Shown here one piece after another: positions 41,872 through 50,914 of a stretch of 64,000 bases of DNA. How positions within the stretch are numbered: position 1 is the stretch's first letter; each line of letters begins with the position of its first letter. The DNA is from Enterobacteria phage Ac3, in the sequence record OK040907; one strand, written 5' to 3'. The translations under genes were made by a program, and so were the position numbers. A model generated the notes under the pieces. That model searched no databases. It was not told the DNA's origin and saw nothing but the letters and a program-made list of their open reading frames with translations.

Positions 41872-41896
41872 AAAAAAGGGGACCTCTAGGGTCCCC
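41872..41896 (-). terminator. gene 32 terminator hairpin GGGGACCC-TAGAG-GGTCCCC plus T-run
   Basis: perfect stem on minus strand followed by TTTTTT immediately after the gene 32 stop. Confidence 0.65.
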
Positions 41897-41919
41897 AATT
41901 AATTAGTAATTATAATCTA

Positions 41920-42828
41920 TTACAGGTCGTTCAGGAGGTCATCCAGGTCGGTATCGTCGGCGCTGGAAGAGGAGCCGCTAGAGGAAGACATGAAGTCATC
42001 TTCGGTTTTAGTGTTAAAATCGTCAACGTTAAAGGCGTCCAGGTCATCCGCTACCTTATCGGCTTTCTTAGCCGCAGTAGCCGCAGCACCGCCCATCACA
42101 GCAGTGCCCATAACCTGACCGAACTTGGTGTTGAGTTCCTCAAAAGATTTAAATTTATCTTTGGAGGTCATCTCAGACAGATCTACCATCTGCTCAAACA
42201 GTTCTTTTTGGAAAGATTCGTCATCGATGTTCGGGATAGCAGACTGGTTCAGAAATTTGCTCTCGTCGTAATTGGAGAAACCAGAAACCTGTTTAACCTT
42301 CAGAACGAAGTTGGCACCCTCCCACGGGCAGGTGACGTCGACCGGGGTTTCACCCATCTCCACGTCCACCGCAATCATAGCGTTAATTTTATCCCAGATT
42401 TTCTTACCAAAGCGGTATTTGAAAACCTTACCCTCGTTTTCTGGCGCAGCTGGATCCTTTACAACCAGGATGTTAGCCCAGTAAGAGGTTTTACGTTTCA
42501 CCAGGCCGTATTCTTTATTGTCGGTATTATACAGATCGTTTTTGGAAATGTACTGACACACCGGGCAAGAGTCGTAGTCGCCGTGGGTGGAAGAACAGTT
42601 TTCGATGTACCATTTGCCGTTTTTCTTAAAACCGTGGTTCACCAGGATAGCGAACGGAGCCTGTTCGTCATTTTTGCTCGGCAGGAAGCGGATCACCGCC
42701 TGACCGTTGCCCGCGTTGTCCAGTTTCAGTTTCCATTCGCCTTTGTCCTCAGAGCTGAAGCCACCTTTGTTGCCCGCCAGCTTGGCCATCTGCGCAGCCA
42801 GTTCTGCCGTGCTCTTACGCTTGAACAT
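41920..42828 (-). CDS. 32: single-stranded DNA-binding protein gp32
   Basis: 302-aa ORF; N-terminus [17 protein letters not shown]; zinc-ligand region [12 protein letters not shown]; acidic Ser/Asp-rich C-terminus. Confidence 0.95.
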   Translation of the reverse strand: MFKRKSTAELAAQMAKLAGNKGGFSSEDKGEWKLKLDNAGNGQAVIRFLPSKNDEQAPFAILVNHGFKKNGKWYIENCSSTHGDYDSCPVCQYISKNDLYNTDNKEYGLVKRKTSYWANILVVKDPAAPENEGKVFKYRFGKKIWDKINAMIAVDVEMGETPVDVTCPWEGANFVLKVKQVSGFSNYDESKFLNQSAIPNIDDESFQKELFEQMVDLSEMTSKDKFKSFEELNTKFGQVMGTAVMGGAAATAAKKADKVADDLDAFNVDDFNTKTEDDFMSSSSGSSSSADDTDLDDLLNDL

Positions 42829-42900
42829 TTTTATTTCCTTTTTAATTTAATTAACAGTTGGTGCTATGACGATGTATGACCTCATAGCTGGTCAGTGAGA
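42829..42900 (-). promoter_or_regulatory. gene 32 5' leader / translational operator
   Basis: minus strand reads …GCTGACCAGCTATGAGGTCATACATCGTCATAGCAC…TTAATTAAATTAAAAAGGAAATAAAAATG, matching my recollection of the T4 gene 32 autoregulatory leader (pseudoknot plus AU-rich tract). Confidence 0.55.
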
Positions 42901-42911
42901 TAATTATAATT

Positions 42912-42919
42912 TATTTATA
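42912..42919 (-). promoter_or_regulatory. T4-type late promoter TATAAATA (minus strand) upstream of gene 32
   Basis: reverse complement of TATTTATA reads TATAAATA. Confidence 0.55.
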
Positions 42920-42927
42920 ATAAGCAA

Positions 42928-43581
42928 TTAATACTTACAAGATTTCACAGTTTCAATAAAAACTTTTTTAGCTTCCTGTGAATCGATATTTAAAATTTTT
43001 CTATAAGCTTTTAACTTTATAGAATAATTGTTCCAAACTAAATTATCAGTTTGTTCATCATGTTTATCAATTATATTTAAAAACGAATCAAGCAAGATAA
43101 ACGTCTCAAACGAAATTATGTTCGATTGCAGAAGTTTAAAAATATAACTTGATTGAACTTTTGGATTATATTCAAAAATTTCTTTAAAAGCAGAAACTTC
43201 AACTTTTTTACTAAAATAATAAATGTTGCGAATATCTTCTTCAAACTTAAATTTAATTTGCTTTAAGCGTCCGATATATTCACGATAAAACACAAGTGCA
43301 TCAGCGTCAGAGATGTCACCAATCCAAGCATCTTGGTTAGCAACCAAATTACTTATAAAGATTAAAGCAAGTTCCTTTAATTTATATTTTTCTGATAACT
43401 TCTGAAAAAAATACTTATCCCTTCGCTTTTGATAAGCGGCATCAGACACCCGCATGCACCAATTATACTTAATTACATCATACTTTCCATTCATATGTTG
43501 TTTTATCATTAAGTATAATTTATAAACTGATTTACCATCAATGTATCTTTCACCACCAGCAGGCATGCGGAGTTTAATCAT
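42928..43581 (-). CDS. 59: helicase loader gp59
   Basis: 217-aa ORF (T4 gp59 length) between genes 33 and 32. Confidence 0.88.
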   Translation of the reverse strand: MIKLRMPAGGERYIDGKSVYKLYLMIKQHMNGKYDVIKYNWCMRVSDAAYQKRRDKYFFQKLSEKYKLKELALIFISNLVANQDAWIGDISDADALVFYREYIGRLKQIKFKFEEDIRNIYYFSKKVEVSAFKEIFEYNPKVQSSYIFKLLQSNIISFETFILLDSFLNIIDKHDEQTDNLVWNNYSIKLKAYRKILNIDSQEAKKVFIETVKSCKY

Positions 43582-43925
43582 AGCAGAAAATCTAATGTAT
43601 TAGTTTTTTCACAACGAACAACAGAAGGACGTAAAAGATTTTCGTCAATAGCTTCTGACTGAATTTTTTCAATTATACCCGAAGGAATAAATTTAGCAAA
43701 TTGAGTTTCAGGAATAGAATTTTCTTCCAAGAATGCTGTCGTAGCTTCAAGATAACTCATTCCAAACTCTTCTACCATTTTTTCAATAATAAATCCATTT
43801 TCTTGGCGGTCAAGAAGCTTTGCAATTTCATCCTTTTCTTTCTTAATTGAAAGTTCTTTTTCTGAAAGCCCGGCCTCATCGACCGGGCGAATATCATTTA
43901 GAGAAAACTGTGTCATAAAGTTCAA
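43578..43925 (-). CDS. 33: late transcription co-activator gp33
   Basis: 115-aa ORF (T4 gp33 is about 112 aa; start may be a few codons in). Confidence 0.8.
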   Translation of the reverse strand: MNFMTQFSLNDIRPVDEAGLSEKELSIKKEKDEIAKLLDRQENGFIIEKMVEEFGMSYLEATTAFLEENSIPETQFAKFIPSGIIEKIQSEAIDENLLRPSVVRCEKTNTLDFLL

Positions 43926-44163
43926 CTACCTCTTCAGTTTCAGCTTCAAACACATCACGGTTATCTTTATGATATAGAGCCAAAAGACGATTAAACATCT
44001 TGCCATCAACACCAAGTTCATCTTTGGCACGAATTCGAATATCTTTAATTAATTCATTATAACCGGAAATTTTCAGTTTATGATCAGATGCTTCTTTAAT
44101 AAATTTAGCCAAGTCTTCGCCGTGGATAGCTTCATCAAATTCAACCATTTCTTTTTTAGCCAT
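43894..44163 (-). CDS. dsbA: double-stranded DNA-binding protein DsbA
   Basis: 89-aa ORF (T4 DsbA length) between rnh and gene 33. Confidence 0.8.
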   Translation of the reverse strand: MAKKEMVEFDEAIHGEDLAKFIKEASDHKLKISGYNELIKDIRIRAKDELGVDGKMFNRLLALYHKDNRDVFEAETEEVVELYDTVFSK

Positions 44164-44171
44164 TATTCACC

Positions 44172-45089
44172 TCAAAATTCATTAATGCTATTGGTTAATT
44201 TAGAAAGACCCGCTTTTACAAAATATGAATAAATTTTGCCACGCGGTGGTAATTTATATGAATTATAGTAATTCACAATGTTTGAAGCAATATTATCAGG
44301 AATATAATCAAAATCAATTAGAACTAAATTTTCTTTATAACGATTATATTCAGATTCTGTGAGAAGCACCTTAGCTTGCTCACGGTCATTAGCAATAGCT
44401 TCAACGATTGAAGTTTTCATTGAAGGAGTTCGTTCACCTTCAACTTTGGTAAACCAAAAGTCAGATCGTACTTTAACTGAAGCAACGTTATCCTTTTTAT
44501 CGCCTTTAAGGATTTTAGTCATACAGTCAATTTCAGCAGAACCGCTTTTAATTTTAACCCATTTCTTGTGCATCGGTGACCATTGCTTAACATTTGGATA
44601 TTTGTGAAGTTGAGTAAAGTCACCATCAGATGAAATGATTAAAATCTTGTGTCCTTCTAAAGAGAACTTTTTAACAAGAACAGCAATGTGGTCATCTGCT
44701 TCATACTTATCGATATCCATAACAATGTATGGCATATAAGCTTTCAATTCATCTATAACTTTATGACTGGATTCAAAATAACCTTCCCAGTCCCAAATAG
44801 ATTCTTCTCGTGCTTTTCCACGGTTTTTCTTATAATAATACGCGAAATCACGACGCCAATATCCAGATTTCGCATTATCAATACACAGTACAATTTTAGT
44901 GTATCCAAGAGTTTTTGCTTTTTTGACATTAAACTTAATTGAGTTCAATATCAAATGACGAACCATTGATAAATTAATTTTTTCTTTATCTGGAAAGTTT
45001 ACCAAAGCAGTTGAAAGCGCAATTTGACTAAAGTCAATAAAGCAAATTCCTTCTTTGTAATCTTCATCCAGCATCATTTCTAAATCCAT
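44172..45089 (-). CDS. rnh: RNase H (5'-3' exonuclease / flap endonuclease)
   Basis: ORF track 44172..45104; start moved to MDLEMMLDEDYKEG (305 aa, T4 RNase H length). Confidence 0.9.
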   Translation of the reverse strand: MDLEMMLDEDYKEGICFIDFSQIALSTALVNFPDKEKINLSMVRHLILNSIKFNVKKAKTLGYTKIVLCIDNAKSGYWRRDFAYYYKKNRGKAREESIWDWEGYFESSHKVIDELKAYMPYIVMDIDKYEADDHIAVLVKKFSLEGHKILIISSDGDFTQLHKYPNVKQWSPMHKKWVKIKSGSAEIDCMTKILKGDKKDNVASVKVRSDFWFTKVEGERTPSMKTSIVEAIANDREQAKVLLTESEYNRYKENLVLIDFDYIPDNIASNIVNYYNSYKLPPRGKIYSYFVKAGLSKLTNSINEF

Positions 45090-45151
45090 ATGAACCTCGT
45101 TCAATTAGTGAGATTTCTATTATATACCATCCAAATCTTAAAGTAAACAAG

Positions 45152-45159
45152 TATAAATA
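45152..45159 (+). promoter_or_regulatory. T4-type late promoter TATAAATA upstream of gene 34
   Basis: exact TATAAATA about 35 nt upstream of the gene 34 start. Confidence 0.65.
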
Positions 45160-45193
45160 CTTATTATTGAAAACACAATAGGAGCCCGGGAGA

Positions 45194-48100
45194 ATGGCCG
45201 AGATTAAAAGAAAGTTCAGAGCAGAAGATGGTCTGGACGCAGGTGGTGATAAAATAATCAACGTAGCTTTAGCTGATCGTGCCGTAGGAACTGACGGTGT
45301 AAACGTTGATTACTTAATTCAAGAAAACACAGTTCAACAATATGATCCAACTCGTGGATATTTAAAAGATTTTGTAATCATTTATGATAACCGCTTTTGG
45401 GCTGCTATAAATGATATTCCAAAACCAGCAGGAGCTTTTAATAGCGTACGATGGAGAGCGTTACGCACTGATGCAAACTGGACAACTGTTTCGTCAGGAC
45501 CTTATCAATTAAAATCAGGCGAATCGATTTCAGTTAACACCGCAGCGGGTAATGACATTACATTTACTTTGCCATCTTCTCCAATTGATGGTGATACTAT
45601 CGTTCTCCAAGATATTGGAGGAAAACCTGGAGTTAACCAGGTTTTAATTACAGCTCCGGTACAAAGCATTGTAAATTTTAGAGGTCAACAAGTACGCTCA
45701 GTACTAATGACTCATCCAAAATCACAGATAGTTTTAATTTTTAGTAATCGTCTGTGGCAAATGTATGTTGCTGATTATAGCAGAGAAGCGGCAGTTGTAA
45801 CACCGGCAAGTCTTTATCAAGCGCAATCAAACGATTTTATCGTGCGTAGATTTACTTCTGCTTCAGCAATTAATATTAAACTTCCTAGATTTGCTAATCA
45901 TGGGGATATTATTAATTTTGTTGATTTAGATAAATTAAATCCACTTTATCACACAATTGTTACCACATATGATGAAACAACTTCAGTACAAGAAGTTGGA
46001 ACTCATTCCATTGAAGGCCGTACATCTATTGATGGTTTCTTAATGTTTGATGATAATGAGAAATTGTGGAGATTGTTTGACGGGGATAGTAAAGCACGTT
46101 TACGCATTATAACGACTAATTCTAATATTCGTCCAAATGAAGAAGTCATGGTATTTGGCGCGAATAATGGAACAACCCAAACAATTGAACTTCAGCTTCC
46201 AACTGATATTTCTATCGGTGATACTGTTAAGATTTCCATGAATTATATGAGAAAAGGACAAACAGTTAAAATCAAAGCTGCCGGTGAAGATAAAATTGCT
46301 TCTTCAGTTCAATTGCTGCAATTTCCAAAACGTTCAGAATACCCACCTGAAACTAAATGGGTGACTGTTCAAGAATTAGTTTTTAATGGCGAAACCAATT
46401 ATGTTCCAGTTTTACAGCTTGCTTATATCGAAGATTCCGATGGAAAATATTGGGTTGTACAGCAAAACGTTCCAACTGTAGAAAGAGTAGACTCTTTAAA
46501 TAATTCTACTAGAGCAAGATTAGGCGTAATTGCTTTAGCTACACAGGCTCAAGCTAATGCTGATCTAGAAAATTCTCCACAAAAAGAACTGGCAATTACT
46601 CCAGAAACGTTAGCTAATCGTACTGCTACAGAAACTCGTAGAGGTATTGCAAGAATAGCAACAACTGCGCAAGTAAACCAGGATACCACATTCTCTTTTG
46701 CAGATGACCTTATCATCACTCCTAAAAAGTTGAATGAAAGAACTGCTACAGAAACTCGTAGGGGTGTCGCTGAAATTGCTACGCAACAGGAAACTAATAC
46801 AGGTACTGATGATACGACAATCATCACTCCTAAAAAGCTTCAAGCTCGCCAAGGTTCTGAATCATTATCTGGTATTGTAACTTTTGTATCTACTGCAGGT
46901 GCTACTCCAGCTTCTAGCCGTGAATTAAATGGTACGAATGTTTATAATAAAAACACTAATAATTTAGTTGTTTCGCCAAAAGCTTTGGACCAGTATAAAG
47001 CTACGCCTACTCAACAGGGTGCAGTAATTTTAGCAGTTGAAAGTGAAGTAATTGCTGGTCAAAGTCAAGAAGGATGGGCAAATGCTGTTGTGACGCCAGA
47101 AACGTTACATAAAAAGACATCAACTGATGGAAGAATTGGTTTAATTGAAATTGCTACGCAAAGTGAAGTTAATACAGGAACTGATTATACTCGTGCAGTC
47201 ACTCCTAAAACTTTAAATGACCGTAGAGCAACTGAAAGTTTAAGTGGTATAGCTGAAATTGCTACACAAGTTGAATTCGACGCAGGCGTCGACGATACTC
47301 GTATCTCTACACCATTAAAAATTAAAACTAGATTTAATAGTACTGATCGTACTTCTGTTGTTGCTCTATCTGGATTAGTTGAATCAGGAACTCTCTGGGA
47401 CCATTATACCCTTAATATTCTTGAAGCAAATGAGACACAACGTGGTACACTTCGTGTGGCTACACAAGTTGAAGCTGCTGCTGGAAAATTAGATAATGTT
47501 TTAATAACTCCTAAAAAGCTTTTAGGTACTAAATCTACTGAAGCACAAGAAGGTGTTATTAAAGTTGCAACACAAACCGAAACTGTTGCTGGAACATCGG
47601 CAAATACTGCTGTATCTCCAAAAAATTTAAAATGGATTGTGCAGAGTGAACCTACTTGGGCAGCTACTACTGCAGTAAGAGGCTTTGTTAAAACTTCATC
47701 TGGTTCAATTACATTCGTTGGTAATGATACAGCCGGTTCTACTCAGGACTTAGAGCTATACGAGAAAAATAGCTATGCAGTATCACCATACGAATTAAAC
47801 CGTGTATTAGCAAATTATTTGCCATTAAAAGCAAAAGCTGCAGATAGTAATTTATTGGATGGTCTAGATTCATCTCAGTTCATTCGTAGGGATATTGCGC
47901 AGACGGTTAATGGTTCACTAACCTTAACTCAACAAACGAATCTGAGTGCCCCTCTTGTATCATCTAGTACTGCTACGTTCGGTGGATCAGTTTCAGCAAA
48001 TAGTACATTAACTATTTCTAATACTGGAACAGCAACTCGATTGATTTTTGAGAAAGGACCTCAAACTGGAACAAACCCAGCCCAAACGATGACTGTTAGA

Positions 48101-49063
48101 GTGTGGGGAAATCAATTTAGTGGGGAATTAGATACAACACGTTCTACCGTATTTGAAGTTAGTGATGAAACATCTAGTCATTTTTATTCTCAGCGCAATA
48201 AAGCCGGAAATATAACATTTAATATCAACGGTACAGTAACACCGATAAATGTTAATGCTTCAGGAACATTGAATGCAAATGGCGTAGCAACATTTGGTAA
48301 TTCAGTCACTGCAACTGGTGAAATTATTTCTCGAAGCGCAAATGCTTTCCGTGCTATTAACGGAAATTATGGTTTCATTGTTCGCAATGATGGATCAGTA
48401 ACGAATTTTATGCTTACTGCATCGGGTGATCAGACTGGTGGATTTAACGGATTACGCCCATTAGCTATTAATAATGCATCTGGTCAAGTAACGATTGGTG
48501 AAAGCTTAATCATCGCCAAAGGTGCTACTATAAATTCTGGTGGTTTAACTGTTAACTCGAGAATTCGTTCTCAAGGTACTAAAACATCTGACTTATATAC
48601 ACGTGCGCCAACATCTGATACTGTAGGATTCTGGTCAATTGATATTAACGATTCAGCTACTTATAACCAGTTCCCAGGTTATTTTAAAATGGTTGAAAAA
48701 ACTAATGAAGTGACTGGTCTTCCATATTTAGAACGTGGCGAAGAAGTTAAATCTCCTGGTACACTGACTCAGTTTGGTAACACACTTGATTCGCTTTACC
48801 AAGATTGGATTACTTATCCAACAACGCCAGAAGCGCGTACCACTCGCTGGACACGTACATGGCAGAAAACCAAAAATTCTTGGTCAAGTTTTGTTCAGGT
48901 ATTTGATGGAGGTAATCCTCCTCAACCATCTGATATTGGTGCTTTACCATCTGATAATGCTACAATGGGTAATCTTACTATTCGTGATTTCTTACGAATT
49001 GGTAATGTTCGCATTATTCCTGACCCAGTGAATAAAACTGTTAAATTTGAATGGGTTGAATAA
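45194..49063 (+). CDS. 34: long tail fibre proximal subunit gp34
   Basis: 1289-aa ORF (T4 gp34 length); repetitive fibre sequence. Confidence 0.95.
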   Translation: MAEIKRKFRAEDGLDAGGDKIINVALADRAVGTDGVNVDYLIQENTVQQYDPTRGYLKDFVIIYDNRFWAAINDIPKPAGAFNSVRWRALRTDANWTTVSSGPYQLKSGESISVNTAAGNDITFTLPSSPIDGDTIVLQDIGGKPGVNQVLITAPVQSIVNFRGQQVRSVLMTHPKSQIVLIFSNRLWQMYVADYSREAAVVTPASLYQAQSNDFIVRRFTSASAINIKLPRFANHGDIINFVDLDKLNPLYHTIVTTYDETTSVQEVGTHSIEGRTSIDGFLMFDDNEKLWRLFDGDSKARLRIITTNSNIRPNEEVMVFGANNGTTQTIELQLPTDISIGDTVKISMNYMRKGQTVKIKAAGEDKIASSVQLLQFPKRSEYPPETKWVTVQELVFNGETNYVPVLQLAYIEDSDGKYWVVQQNVPTVERVDSLNNSTRARLGVIALATQAQANADLENSPQKELAITPETLANRTATETRRGIARIATTAQVNQDTTFSFADDLIITPKKLNERTATETRRGVAEIATQQETNTGTDDTTIITPKKLQARQGSESLSGIVTFVSTAGATPASSRELNGTNVYNKNTNNLVVSPKALDQYKATPTQQGAVILAVESEVIAGQSQEGWANAVVTPETLHKKTSTDGRIGLIEIATQSEVNTGTDYTRAVTPKTLNDRRATESLSGIAEIATQVEFDAGVDDTRISTPLKIKTRFNSTDRTSVVALSGLVESGTLWDHYTLNILEANETQRGTLRVATQVEAAAGKLDNVLITPKKLLGTKSTEAQEGVIKVATQTETVAGTSANTAVSPKNLKWIVQSEPTWAATTAVRGFVKTSSGSITFVGNDTAGSTQDLELYEKNSYAVSPYELNRVLANYLPLKAKAADSNLLDGLDSSQFIRRDIAQTVNGSLTLTQQTNLSAPLVSSSTATFGGSVSANSTLTISNTGTATRLIFEKGPQTGTNPAQTMTVRVWGNQFSGELDTTRSTVFEVSDETSSHFYSQRNKAGNITFNINGTVTPINVNASGTLNANGVATFGNSVTATGEIISRSANAFRAINGNYGFIVRNDGSVTNFMLTASGDQTGGFNGLRPLAINNASGQVTIGESLIIAKGATINSGGLTVNSRIRSQGTKTSDLYTRAPTSDTVGFWSIDINDSATYNQFPGYFKMVEKTNEVTGLPYLERGEEVKSPGTLTQFGNTLDSLYQDWITYPTTPEARTTRWTRTWQKTKNSWSSFVQVFDGGNPPQPSDIGALPSDNATMGNLTIRDFLRIGNVRIIPDPVNKTVKFEWVE

Positions 49064-49071
49064 GAGGTATT

Positions 49072-50187
49072 ATGGAAAAATTTATGGCAGAGTTTGGACA
49101 AGGATATGTCCAAACGCCATTTTTATCGGAAAGCAATTCAGTAAGATATAAAATAAGTATAGCGGGTTCTTGCCCGCTTTCTACCGCAGGACCATACGTT
49201 AAATTTCAAGATAATCCTGTAGGAAGTCAAACATTTAGTGCAGGTCTTCATTTAAGAGTTTTTGACCCTTCCACGGGAGCATTGGTTGATAGTAAGTCAT
49301 ATGTTTTTTCTACTTCAAATGATACAACATCTGCTGCTTTTGTTAGTTTTATGAATTCTTTTTCAAGCAATAGACTTGTTGCTATATTAACTAGCGGAAA
49401 GGTTAATTTTCCTCCTGAAGTAGTATCTTGGTTAAGAACGGCAGGAACATCTGCTTTTCCATCTGATTCTTTATTGTCAAGATTTGACGTATCATATGCT
49501 GCCTTTTACACTTCTTCTAAAAGAGCTATCGCACTAGAGCATGTTAAACTGAGTAACAGAAAAAGCACAGATGACTATCAAACTATATTAGATGTAGTAT
49601 TTGATAGTTTAGAAGATGTTGGAGCGACAGGATTTCCTAAAAGAACATATGAAAGCGTTGAGCAATTTATGTCAGCTGTTGGTGGAACTAATAACGAAAT
49701 TGCACGTCTACCTACAGCATCTGCAATAAGTAAACTTTCTGACTATAATTTAATTCCTGGAGATGTTCTTTATCTTAAAGCACAACTATATGCTGATGCT
49801 GATTTATTAGCGTTGGGAACTACTAATATTTCAATTCGTTTTTATAATGCGTCGAATGGATATATTTCCTCGACACAAGCTGAGTTTACCGGACAAGCTG
49901 GATCTTGGGAATTAAAAGAAGATTATGTAGTTGTTCCTGAAAATGCAGTAGGATTTACGATATACGCACAGAGAACTGCACAAGCGGGTCAAGGCGGTAT
50001 GAGAAATTTAAGCTTTTCTGAAGTGTCAAGAAATGGTGGCATTTCAAAACCTGCTGAGTTTGGCGTCAATGGTATTCGAGTTAATTATATCTGTGAATCT
50101 GCTTCACCTCCGGATATAATGGTACTTCCTACGCAAGCATCGTCTAAAACTGGTAAAGTGTTTGGGCAGGAATTTAGAGAAGTTTAA
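49072..50187 (+). CDS. 35: long tail fibre hinge protein gp35
   Basis: 371-aa ORF following gene 34. Confidence 0.9.
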   Translation: MEKFMAEFGQGYVQTPFLSESNSVRYKISIAGSCPLSTAGPYVKFQDNPVGSQTFSAGLHLRVFDPSTGALVDSKSYVFSTSNDTTSAAFVSFMNSFSSNRLVAILTSGKVNFPPEVVSWLRTAGTSAFPSDSLLSRFDVSYAAFYTSSKRAIALEHVKLSNRKSTDDYQTILDVVFDSLEDVGATGFPKRTYESVEQFMSAVGGTNNEIARLPTASAISKLSDYNLIPGDVLYLKAQLYADADLLALGTTNISIRFYNASNGYISSTQAEFTGQAGSWELKEDYVVVPENAVGFTIYAQRTAQAGQGGMRNLSFSEVSRNGGISKPAEFGVNGIRVNYICESASPPDIMVLPTQASSKTGKVFGQEFREV

Positions 50188-50192
50188 ATTGA

Positions 50193-50215
50193 GGGAGCCT
50201 TCGGGTTCCCTTTTT
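50193..50215 (+). terminator. hairpin GGGAGCC-TTCG-GGTTCCC plus TTTTT after gene 35
   Basis: stem-loop followed by T-run, then a late promoter. Confidence 0.6.
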
Positions 50216-50218
50216 CTT

Positions 50219-50226
50219 TATAAATA
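50219..50226 (+). promoter_or_regulatory. T4-type late promoter TATAAATA upstream of gene 36
   Basis: exact TATAAATA about 24 nt upstream of the gene 36 start. Confidence 0.65.
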
Positions 50227-50249
50227 CTATTAAAATAAAGGGGCATACA

Positions 50250-50906
50250 ATGGCTGATTTAAAAGTAGGTTCAACAACTGGAGGCTCTGTCATTTGGCAT
50301 CAAGGAAATTTTCCATTGAATCCAGCCGGTGACGATGTACTCTACAAATCATTTAAAATATATTCAGAATATAATAAACCACAAGCAACTGATAACGATT
50401 TCGTTTCTAAAGCTAATGGTGGTACTTATTTAAATAAAGTAATTTTTAATAAAGGAATGACTGTTCCTGGTGCTGGGTCAGGTGACAACGGTATTTTTGC
50501 CGGTCCTGGTGATAATGCCACATATGATACTACAAATATGGATATTGTTTCATGGTATGGTATCGGCTTTAAATCATCACAAGGGGCAGCAGGTAGAACT
50601 GTAGTAATTAACACACGAAACGGAGATATTAGCTCAAAGGGTGTAATTGAAGCATCACAAATACGCGCAACTTCGTTATCACCAGTAAATAATTATGACC
50701 TTACGAGAAAAGATTATGTTGATGGGGCAATAAATATTGTTACAACAAATGCAAACTCTAGAGTATTACGCTCTGGAGACACTATGACAGGAAATTTAAC
50801 TGCGCCAAACCTTTTTTCACAGAATCCTGCATCTCAACCCTCGCATGTTCCGCGATTTGACCAAATCGTAATTAAGGATTCTGTTCAAGATTTCGGCTAT
50901 TATTAA
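50250..50906 (+). CDS. 36: long tail fibre proximal connector gp36
   Basis: 218-aa ORF; SGDTMTGNL fibre repeat motif. Confidence 0.9.
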   Translation: MADLKVGSTTGGSVIWHQGNFPLNPAGDDVLYKSFKIYSEYNKPQATDNDFVSKANGGTYLNKVIFNKGMTVPGAGSGDNGIFAGPGDNATYDTTNMDIVSWYGIGFKSSQGAAGRTVVINTRNGDISSKGVIEASQIRATSLSPVNNYDLTRKDYVDGAINIVTTNANSRVLRSGDTMTGNLTAPNLFSQNPASQPSHVPRFDQIVIKDSVQDFGYY

Positions 50907-50914
50907 GAGGACTT

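Noticed and set aside
42208-42879. 223-aa plus-strand ORF antisense to gene 32 (and a nested 70-aa ORF)
   Set aside because: G+C-rich coding sequence of gene 32 gives a long stop-free antisense frame by chance; the protein is low-complexity and the leader region it would start in is the gene 32 operator.
46549-46852. Two overlapping antisense ORFs (92 and 80 aa) inside gene 34
   Set aside because: Embedded in the repetitive fibre gene on the opposite strand; translations are Ser/Cys-rich low-complexity; no expression signals.
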